A stretch of 20,274 nucleotides of DNA, from contig BCKQ01000021.1 in NCBI GenBank assembly GCA_001600695.1, forward strand, positions 170,308-190,581, read 5' to 3'. Positions 8,539 to 17,219 of the stretch are shown piece after piece (positions within the stretch are counted from its first letter, which is position 1; each line of letters starts with the position of its first letter). This stretch comes from Ascoidea asiatica JCM 7603 (taxonomy: Eukaryota; Fungi; Ascomycota). The notes below the pieces were generated by a model. The model was not told the origin of the DNA, did no database searches, and saw nothing but the letters and a program-made list of their open reading frames with translations. The translations under genes and the position numbers were made by a program.

Positions 8539-10884
8539 ATGCAATTTATTGGTTTAATATCTGGTGGAAAAGATTCATTTTTTAATATATTACAATGTTT
8601 AGCTCATGGTCATGAATTAGTTGCTTTAGCTAATTTATATCCTGATTTTGATAAATCTGATAATGAAAATGATAATGAGAATCAAGTTGAAGAAATATTA
8701 CCTGATCAATTCACTGAAATTGATTTTCAAAATGAAAATGATCAAACTCATGATATTGAAATTAAAGATGATAAACAAGATAATAACAATAATGAAGAAT
8801 TTCAAGAAATTGATAGTTTCATGTTTCAAACAATTGGTTATAATATTATCAATTATTATTCAAAATGTTTAAATGTACCTTTATATAAATTAAAAACAAA
8901 AGGTTTAAATAAAAATTCAAATTTACAATATTTAATAACAAAAAATGATGAAATTGAAGATTTATTTAAATTAATTAATTTTATAAAATTAAAATTCCCA
9001 AAAATTAATTCAATTTCTTCTGGTGCAATTTTTTCAAATTATCAAAGAATAAGAATTGAAAATATTTCAAAAAGATTAAATTTAATCTCTTTATCTTTTC
9101 TTTGGTATCAAAATCAATTAACTATTATGAATCAATTAAATAATATAAATTCATTATTAAATTCAAAAGATTTTTTTGATTTAAGAATTATTAAAGTTGC
9201 TTCTTTTGGATTAAATCAAATTCATTTAAATTCAAAAATTTATCAAATTTTACCAATTTTAATTAATTTAAATGAAAAATTTGATATAAATATTGCTGGT
9301 GAAGGTGGTGAATTTGAATCAATAGTTTTGAATACTCCTTTTTTTAAAAATTTTAAAATTAATTTAATCGATTATAAAATTAAAAAAACTTCAAATAATC
9401 AATCTTTTTATTTAATTTTAAATAATCTTAAGTTAATTAAAAGAGAAAATGATCCAAATATTAAAAATTACAAATCTTTAAAAGATTATTATAAATCTTT
9501 AATTAAAATCCCATATTTATTTGATTCAAAATTTTCAAATATTTTCAACAACTTACTAGATTTCGATTTTAAAGACTTTAATGAAATTGAAAGTTCTAAA
9601 GATATAAATAAAAATGAAAAGAGTATAATTTCAAATATTTCAGGTAATCAATTTCAAAATAAAATTTATTCAATTGGTAATAAATTATATATTTCAAATT
9701 TAACTTCAAACTTATCATTTAATTTAAAATCTTATTCAAAATTAACTTTAATTGATCAAATTAGTGATATTTTTAAAAAATTATTAAATATTTTAAAATT
9801 AAATAATTTAAATATTGAAAATATTTTATCTTCAACTTTATTATTAAATTCCATGAATGATTTTCAATTTACTAATTCAATTTATGAAAATATTCTCTCA
9901 AATAAATTTTTACCACCTTCAAGAGTTTGTATTCAAACAAATTTAAATAAAAGTTTAAATCAAAATTTATTAACTTTATCTTTAGTAATTTTAAAAAAAA
10001 TAAATTTCAAAAATGGTTTACATGTTCAAAGTAGAAGTTATTGGGCTCCTCAAAATATTGGACCATATTCTCAAGTAAATTATGATAATGAAAATTATTT
10101 TGCAATTTTAGCTGGTCAAATACCTTTAATTCCAAGTTTAATGGAATTACCAACAATTGAAAATTTAAAACCAGATTATAATTATTTATTAAATTCTAAT
10201 GATTCAAACCAATCTTTAGATAATTCAAAAAGATTAATATTAATTAATACAATTTTATCTTTACAACATCTTGAAAGAGTTTGTAATGCAATTGAATTTA
10301 AAATTTTTGCAAATATAATTTGTTATACAAATAATTATATAAAAAATTTAAATTATATTATTCAAACTTGGAAACTTTATATAAAAGAAACATATTCAAA
10401 AAATCAATTTATAAAATTCATTTCAAGATTAATAATTGTTGAAATTCAAAAATTACCAAAAGATGCTTCAATAGAATGGGGTGGAATAAGTTATAAAGAA
10501 TATATAAAAAATAATGATTATGATTATATCTCAGATTCAGAAAATGAAAGTGAAGAAATAGTGAAAGATGAAGATGAAATAGAAAATATGGATAAAGAAA
10601 TAATTCAAATTATTAAAAAGAATGATTCATTTATTATAAATAAAAATGAATTTATTTCAACAGTTTTTTTTAAAAATAATGAAAATGATATAAAAATAAT
10701 GAAAAAATTAATTTATAAACAAAAAAATTTACATTTTATAATTTATACAAAATTAAATTCATTTCAATTTTATAATATTGATATAAAATTAATCAATTCA
10801 TTAGAAATAATACCAGTTGAAAAAGTATTTAATTATAATGGAGAAGATTTTGAATTTGGTATTGTTGTCAAGGGATCAAAATGA
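8539..10884 (+). CDS. DPH6: Diphthine--ammonia ligase (diphthamide synthetase) with C-terminal RidA/YjgF-like domains, 781 aa
   Basis: LISGGKDS PP-loop, EIDSFMFQTIG, GAIFSNYQRIRIE, GEGGEFES; then PPSRVC, LHVQSRSYWAPQNIGPYSQ, AGQIPLIP, LPKDASIEW. Confidence 0.96.
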   Translation: MQFIGLISGGKDSFFNILQCLAHGHELVALANLYPDFDKSDNENDNENQVEEILPDQFTEIDFQNENDQTHDIEIKDDKQDNNNNEEFQEIDSFMFQTIGYNIINYYSKCLNVPLYKLKTKGLNKNSNLQYLITKNDEIEDLFKLINFIKLKFPKINSISSGAIFSNYQRIRIENISKRLNLISLSFLWYQNQLTIMNQLNNINSLLNSKDFFDLRIIKVASFGLNQIHLNSKIYQILPILINLNEKFDINIAGEGGEFESIVLNTPFFKNFKINLIDYKIKKTSNNQSFYLILNNLKLIKRENDPNIKNYKSLKDYYKSLIKIPYLFDSKFSNIFNNLLDFDFKDFNEIESSKDINKNEKSIISNISGNQFQNKIYSIGNKLYISNLTSNLSFNLKSYSKLTLIDQISDIFKKLLNILKLNNLNIENILSSTLLLNSMNDFQFTNSIYENILSNKFLPPSRVCIQTNLNKSLNQNLLTLSLVILKKINFKNGLHVQSRSYWAPQNIGPYSQVNYDNENYFAILAGQIPLIPSLMELPTIENLKPDYNYLLNSNDSNQSLDNSKRLILINTILSLQHLERVCNAIEFKIFANIICYTNNYIKNLNYIIQTWKLYIKETYSKNQFIKFISRLIIVEIQKLPKDASIEWGGISYKEYIKNNDYDYISDSENESEEIVKDEDEIENMDKEIIQIIKKNDSFIINKNEFISTVFFKNNENDIKIMKKLIYKQKNLHFIIYTKLNSFQFYNIDIKLINSLEIIPVEKVFNYNGEDFEFGIVVKGSK

Positions 10885-11354
10885 ACTAAAGTATATAAGT
10901 ATAATATGAGTATAATAAATAATTTACAAAATTTATTATAATAATGATTAATAATAATTGTTTTTTATTTTAAATATATAAATATTCGTCCTATGTAAAA
11001 AGTTTGATAAAAAAGATAAAAATGATAAAAAAATAAAAGATAAGTTAAAAAAGGGAAACAAAATAATTCATAAATTGATTAACAAATATTTTTGAAATTT
11101 TTTTTGAAAATTGATAAAATGATAAACCAAAACAAAAGCAATAGAAGAAATAAGTTTTTAATATAAAATTGATAACAAAAAAAGAAGAATCCAAGTCATT
11201 AATAGATAAGATTCATTATAAATAAAGTATAAAAAGAATTTTTTAAGGTAATTTTGAATAGAAATTGAAAAAATGAATTGAAACATTGAAACATTGAAAC
11301 TTTTGAGTAAGTTATAAGTAATAAGTGATAATTAATAATTAGATAAATGATTCA

Positions 11355-11834
11355 TTATAGATTTAAGTTTAGATTACATTTTATACTTGGCAAAGTTCGA
11401 ATTGAAGGTAGAGATTCATAATGATTACTTCGATTTTTATTTATACCAATATTATTAATATTTATAAAATTTCTACTATGATTGAGATTGAAATTACTAT
11501 TATTATTATACATACTATTGTTAGTATTATATGAGCTATTATTATTATTGTTGTTATTGTTATTAGTATTTATGTTCATAATATTATTATTATGATTATT
11601 ATGTGAAATAATTGGAGTGAAATTATTAGTGAAATTGATTGAATTATTATCATTATTTGAGAAATTTAAATTTGAATTTAAATTTGAATTAGAATTAGAA
11701 TGATTATAATTTGCATTTGAGATTGAATTTGATTCAATTGGATTTAAAATTGAAATTTTTTTAGTTATATTATTATTTATTGAACTTATTGGAGATATAT
11801 AATTACTTGAATTTATATCATTATTAAAAGATGA

Positions 11835-11888
<54 letters not shown>

Positions 11889-13538
11889 GTTATTTGACAT
11901 TGGAATTGGAATTGATTTAGGATAATTTGAGTTTAAATTTGAAATTGGGATTGAATTTATATTTGAATTATAATTTAAATTTGAAGATAAAGGTTTATTA
12001 AAGTCAGAAGGAGAATCAGGAGAAGAGGACAAGTTTGTATTATTTGAAGATAATGAAGATGAGTTTGATAATAAAGAAGAGCTTGAGATTGTAGAAGAAT
12101 TTGAAGTGGAAGTAGTTAATGGATTTGACATTGGATTTGACATTGGATTTGGGATTGTAGTGATGATTGAAGAAGAATTTGAAATTGAAGAATTTGAAAT
12201 TTTTGGAGATTGATTATGATTAATAATATTATAAATTTTAAAAGAATGATTAATTGAATTTGAAATTTTTAATGGAGGAATTGGAGTTAAATCATTTGAT
12301 TTAATTTTTGAAATTACAGTTTGTATATCAGAAATCATTGAATTTAATAAATTAATTTTATCATTATTATTTGAATTATCATTAATTAAGAAATTATTAA
12401 TTAATAAATGACATTTTTTTTTAAATTCTTTTTTTGGATCTAAATGTAAATTATCTAAATCATTATCATCAAAATCTGAATTATTTAAATCACTTAAATT
12501 ACCATTAATACCATTATTATTAGAATTAATTATACCATTAAAATTATTTGAAGATATATTATTTAAAGAATTTAAATTTTGTTGAATTAAATTTGAAAAT
12601 CTTCTATTATTTTCTTCTATATAATAATGAGCTTTTAAAATTGCAGCTTCATCAAAATCAGTTGGATTATGAGATATATCATCAGAATCTGAATCACTTG
12701 AATCACTTGAAGAAGATGATGAAGAGGATGAAGAGGATAATAATGAAGAAGATTTAGTTTTTTTCTTATTTTTATTTTTATTTTTGTTATTGATTTTGGT
12801 ATTATCTTTAGTAGTGTTAGTGTTAGTTTTAGTATTAGTATTAATATTAGTATTAGTATTAGTGATTGAATCAAAGTTTGGAGAAAGAGTATGATTATGA
12901 TGTTCATTAACAATAACTATTGACCATCTTTTAGCTTTGATAGAGAAATTAGCTCTTAATCTAAAAGGACAAGAATTTAAATTTCTATTTCTTTTTTTCA
13001 ATAAAGGTTTTAAAGTACTTGAACTATTATTGGTTATTGTATTTGTATTTGAGTTTGAGTTTGAGTTTGTATTTGTATTTGTATTTGTAATATTAGCGGT
13101 TGTATTTGATTGATTATTATTATTTGTATTTGATTGAATATCATCAGATTTTGATAGATGAGATTTACATTTGAATACAATTTTAGTATCATCACTTCTT
13201 TCAATTACAATAATTATACCTAAAGGTAATAATCTTGCTTGCAACCAAGGTTTAATTTCAGATTTTTTTTTAAAAATTGGAGCATTTCTTATTACATTTT
13301 TTTCAGGAAATTTAGTATTATATAATTTTAAATTATTATTTAAATTATCTAATGGACAACCTTGATCACCAGGTTTATAAGTATTAGATTGAATATTATT
13401 ATTATTATTATCTTTATTATAAGCTACTATTATTGAATTTCTTTCTTGATTTATTTGATCAAGACATAATACTGAAGTTAAAGAATATCTACATGGATTT
13501 AAATCGACATCTTCTTCATTTTCTAAGAAATAACACAT
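11355..13538 (-). CDS. AFT-domain (Aft1/Aft2 family) transcription factor, 727 aa, with long Asn/Ser-rich C-terminus
   Basis: FKKKSEIKPWLQ...GIIIVIERSDDTKIVFKC...CPFRLRANFSIKAKRWSIVIVNEHHNH at about 13275-12891. This is the WRKY/GCM1-type C2H2 zinc DNA-binding domain of Aft proteins. Confidence 0.9.
11835..11894 (-). repeat. (AAT)n coding microsatellite encoding 20 Asn in the AFT-domain gene
   Basis: Direct reading of the ATT/GTT triplet run. Confidence 0.9.
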
Positions 13539-13553
13539 TATGATATATGATTT

Positions 13554-13595
13554 GGAATATGATATATGGAATATGATATATGGAATATGATATAT
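13554..13595. repeat. Tandem repeat, 3 x GGAATATGATATAT
   Basis: Three exact 14-mers starting 15 bp upstream of the AFT ATG. Confidence 0.9.
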
Positions 13596-13681
13596 GCGAT
13601 AGGATATATATGTTATATAAGAGATATAATATAATGTTAATGATATAATTATAGATATATTTGTGATTAATAAGGAATAAT

Positions 13682-13744
13682 GAATATAATGAATATAATG
13701 AATATAATGAATATAATGAATATAATGAATATAATGAATATAAT
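13682..13744. repeat. Tandem repeat, 7 x GAATATAAT
   Basis: Seven exact 9-mers. Confidence 0.92.
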
Positions 13745-13869
13745 TTGTATGGATAAAAAGAATGAAATTTATAAGAATATTTGAAGTAATAAATGATACA
13801 AAGCTATTATTTTTATTATTGTTAAATTAATAATATGTTATGTGATAAATTGATAAATTGATAGAATAA

Positions 13870-14241
13870 TCAAGAGACGGACAGAGAACGGCCGCGGCAC
13901 GGAAGTGTAGAAACGGATACTTGTCACGTGCCGGAAGCAGAATAAAAATGATAAAGAAAGAATTGCTTGGATTGCTTGGATTGCTTGCCTTGCTTGCCTT
14001 GCTGCAGCCACAAGAGGGGACTAAAGTGGGACTAAAGTGGGACTCGAGTGAGACTCAGCGAGACTCAACGAGACTCAACGAGACTGAAACTGGTTGGCAT
14101 GGGTGGCATAAGTGGCGGAAGGAAGGAATCCGCCACGCTGCCACGCCCTGGGAATGGGGGTGGGAGTTCGAGTGTGGGGCACACCCCAGAAAACAGGAGA
14201 GGCAGCGGCAGTGAGAAGAGCATGTGATGTGTATTATCTAA
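13870..14241 (-). promoter_or_regulatory. GC-rich upstream region of the AFT-domain gene
   Basis: GTCACGTG at 13923-13930 (Cbf1/Tye7-type E-box), several CGG triplets, CACACCC at 14180-14186, and short duplications (TTGCTTGGA/GCC x4, GGGACTAAAGT x2, GAGACTCARC x3). Confidence 0.55.
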
Positions 14242-14739
14242 CTAAGTGTGAAGACGAAGAGTGATTTTATTGTAGTTAAGCTGGCGTATTACAGAGCTTA
14301 TAAAATAACCCAAGGTTAAAAGCGACGAGGCAATAAACAAACATTTAATCAACTTGTTGAAATACAGAAACTGGTTGCTTTCGTTGTTGTTATTGCTGTT
14401 GTCGGCATTGCCACCATCTTTGCCATTGCCACCATCTTTGTTATCTTTGTTATCTTTATTATCTTTATTATCTTTGCTGTCGCTCACATGATTCAAGTAC
14501 TCGAGTAAAATAGAGTCTTTTTCAGCTTCGGATATGGAATCATTTGATAATTCATATATTGAACTGTCCAAATTACTTTTATTTATATTAACCCATTTAT
14601 TATTCAATTTCTTACTACTTGTATTTGAATTGGCGTTTGTATTGGGATAATTGAAAATTGAAGAATTATCTAATATTGAATCATTTAAATAACTTTGTTC
14701 CTTAAGTTCTTCTACCCATTTCTTTGATTCTTCTTCCAT
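14242..14739 (-). CDS. Uncharacterised 165-aa protein with one C-terminal transmembrane helix (tail-anchored architecture)
   Basis: ATG in an A-rich context (ATAATAATG). Acidic, Ser/Asn-rich N-terminal region, (KDN)n repeat, hydrophobic segment at aa 133-151 (CLFIASSLLTLGYFISSVI) and short basic tail. No family recognised. Confidence 0.7.
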   Translation of the reverse strand: MEEESKKWVEELKEQSYLNDSILDNSSIFNYPNTNANSNTSSKKLNNKWVNINKSNLDSSIYELSNDSISEAEKDSILLEYLNHVSDSKDNKDNKDNKDNKDGGNGKDGGNADNSNNNNESNQFLYFNKLIKCLFIASSLLTLGYFISSVIRQLNYNKITLRLHT

Positions 14740-14999
14740 TATTATGTAATAAACTTATTAATAATCTGATTGATTAAATTATTGATTGATTGATTGATGG
14801 ATATAAAATTATTAATTCATTATCTGAATTGAATTGGCTCTATTTATATTATTATATTTTAATCATGGATCATTTATTGATAGATAAATTAAATAATAAA
14901 TAGTAAATAAATACAGGGTATGAATACGATAAGATAAGCACCTACCATGTCACTGGTAATTTATACCATCTCATCCCATCTCATCTCATCTCAACCGAA

Positions 15000-15520
15000 A
15001 TTAAAAAAAAGAGTCATGTGATAAATAAAAAAGTAAGTCACGCGTTGTAGATGAACGCCACGTGCCGGAACTACATCCTTCTTCTTGATTCCATCCGGAT
15101 TCAGCCACGTGAAACTTTTGTTCTAGCCTGCATTGCCTGTACGTTCCGTGCTTCCCGTGCTTCCGTGCTTCCGTGCCCCGCGTGCTGCTTTTTCTGCAGT
15201 TTTTTTCAAAGCATCGCTGGCTTTCAGATAAAAAAGGAAACTCAGTTACCATCGACTCACCATCGACTCACCCTCGACTTACCCTCGACTATTAGTCAAA
15301 ACAGCAATAATATATCCAAATTGAGTAATATTGTTGTAACCGGGTTACAACCCTAGCCAATAACATCAGATATTCATTTATTGTAAATCACATGACCACT
15401 GGTTTCCAGCCTGTTCTGCATTGCTCGGTTCTGCTCTGTGGCTCAGCTGCACCCAGCACTGCTCTCTCACTGATCACAAACAAAGGATGCTCACTCGCTT
15501 CGATTTCTTCTGTAGCACTG
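15000..15520. promoter_or_regulatory. GC-rich divergent promoter core between the 165-aa gene and the endosulfine-like gene
   Basis: CACGTG at 15059 and 15106, ACGCGT at 15040, TTCCGTGC array at 15144-15177, ATCACATGAC in inverted copies (15013, 15387), GTGGCTCA at 15438, TGCACCC at 15448. Confidence 0.6.
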
Positions 15521-15645
15521 TAACTTCAGTTCTTGTATCTTAAATATTAAATATTACTTTAAATCTCAAATTATCCAAAATTATATCTAATAATTTACAT
15601 TTATTATCTTCTTCATCATATTCATCATCTATTTCTTTCATATCT

Positions 15646-15722
15646 CAATTCAATTATCAATTCAATTATCAATTCAATTATCAATTCAATTATCAATTCA
15701 ATTATCAATTCAATTCAATTCA
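15646..15722. repeat. Tandem repeat, 5 x CAATTCAATTAT plus partial copies
   Basis: Direct reading. Followed by degenerate ATATAAAAT repeats at about 15750-15840. Confidence 0.9.
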
Positions 15723-15857
15723 GTTAATATATAACATATAATATATATATATATAAAATATATAAAATATATAAAATATATAAAATATTACAAATATATA
15801 AAATATTATATAAAACATTATATAAAATATTATATAAAACAACTTATATTAATCTAA

Positions 15858-17219
15858 ATGTCATCTCCTTCTTCATTAAGAATTGAAATCAATGATAATA
15901 AAAAACATATTAAAATTGATAACAAAAATGATATTAAAAGTAAATTAGATAATAATTTAGATAATAACTTAGAAAATAATGATAACAAAGATATAAATGA
16001 TATAAAAGATATAAAAGATATAAAAGAAATAAAATTAAATTCAATTCAAAATCCATTATTAAGAAATTCAAGATTTAATAATTTATCAAATTCTCTTAAA
16101 TCAAATAACAATAATAATATTACTAATAATAATAATATCAATAACCAAAGAGAAAGAAGTATTTCTCCAAATTCTCCAACTTTATTATTAGATGATCAAT
16201 TAAATAAAAAATTATCAAAACAAGAATTAAAAATTTTTAAATTATATGGTAAATTACCATCTTCAAGTGAAATTTTAAATAGTAAATTAAAACATAAACA
16301 ATATATTGATAATTCTGATTATATTTTAAATTTTGTTAATTTAGATACAAATGATTCTCAATTTATTGATAAAAATATTAATTTAAGATCTCATTCTCAT
16401 TCAAGATCAAATTCAAGATCAAATTCAATTAATTCTTCTCCAATTTCTTTATCAAATAATAATAATAATAATAATAATAATATAATTAATAATAATAATA
16501 ATGTAAATAATATAAGTCCTATAAATAATATAAATAATAATAATATAAATACTTCTCCAATTATTTTAAATACTAATGGTAATTCAAATACTGCCTTGAA
16601 TATTAATAATATTAATGATTTCAATTCATTCAACATTAATAATAGTAATAATAATAACAACAACAACAATAGTAATAGAAGTCATTCTTCAAGTATTAGT
16701 AACCAATCTTCAAATTTATCAATTCCTTTAAATTCTTTAGTTAATTTTCCAACTTTAAATTCTTTATTACCAAATCCAAATCCTGAAAAAATATCTCAAT
16801 TAAATAAAAAAAGAGAAATTTCAAGACATGGTTCAATGGTTTCTGTAAATTCAAAAGAAATTATTAAAGGTATATTAAATAAAAGTAATTTAGAAAATGA
16901 AATTGATTCTGATGCAATTGATTCAGATTATGATACAGATTATTCTTCAGTTTCAATCTCAACTTCAACTACAAATAATAATCTTAATAATAATAATCTT
17001 AATAACAATCTTAAAATTAAATCAAGAAATCAATCCATTTCAATGCCTGCTCCTTTAAAAACTGCAGCTCTAATAACTTCTTCCAAATCAATCAAACCAC
17101 TTAATTCTCTTAATTCCTCTAATTCTTCTTCTTCTTTTTCTCCTTCTTCTTCATCTCCTGCCTCTGCTTCCCCTGCTGCTGCTTCTACAAATAATTCCAA
17201 TAAATCTGCATCGAAATGA
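15858..17219 (+). CDS. Endosulfine/ARPP-19 family (Igo1/Igo2-like) protein with a divergent phospho-motif, 453 aa
   Basis: LSKQELKIFKLYGKLPSSSEILNSKLKHKQYIDNSDYIL aligns with the Igo1/2 core (ELKLYKMYGKLPS...RKYFDSGDYAL). Downstream LPNPNPEKISQLNKKREIS matches the Igo LP-x-x-NP...KRRIS segment. Confidence 0.8.
   Translation: MSSPSSLRIEINDNKKHIKIDNKNDIKSKLDNNLDNNLENNDNKDINDIKDIKDIKEIKLNSIQNPLLRNSRFNNLSNSLKSNNNNNITNNNNINNQRERSISPNSPTLLLDDQLNKKLSKQELKIFKLYGKLPSSSEILNSKLKHKQYIDNSDYILNFVNLDTNDSQFIDKNINLRSHSHSRSNSRSNSINSSPISLSNNNNNNNNNIINNNNNVNNISPINNINNNNINTSPIILNTNGNSNTALNINNINDFNSFNINNSNNNNNNNNSNRSHSSSISNQSSNLSIPLNSLVNFPTLNSLLPNPNPEKISQLNKKREISRHGSMVSVNSKEIIKGILNKSNLENEIDSDAIDSDYDTDYSSVSISTSTTNNNLNNNNLNNNLKIKSRNQSISMPAPLKTAALITSSKSIKPLNSLNSSNSSSSFSPSSSSPASASPAAASTNNSNKSASK

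Noticed and set aside
7839-8544. Cluster of short overlapping ORFs (63-76 aa) on both strands
   Set aside because: Expected from fewer stop codons in a GC-rich repeat island or from T-rich tracts; codon style unlike the real genes.
13921-14214. 97-aa ORF with an apparent signal peptide (LLGLLGLLALLALL)
   Set aside because: The hydrophobic run is the translation of the TTGCTTGGA/GCC stutter inside the AFT promoter. A de novo microprotein cannot be fully excluded, but nothing supports it.
14740-15025. Possible point centromere (AT-rich tract, CCGAAA at 14995, RTCACRTG motifs)
   Set aside because: Order and orientation do not fit CDEI-CDEII-CDEIII: no CDEI precedes the AT tract, the CDEIII left arm is absent, and the RTCACRTG copies are not followed by a CDEII.
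15001-15356. 83-aa and 101-aa ORFs
   Set aside because: Both lie over the E-box and TTCCGTGC promoter island with atypical codon usage.
13682-15722. Tandem arrays as CRISPR-like or telomeric repeats
   Set aside because: No spacers, short AT-rich units, internal eukaryotic location and no G-rich strand. They are ordinary minisatellites.
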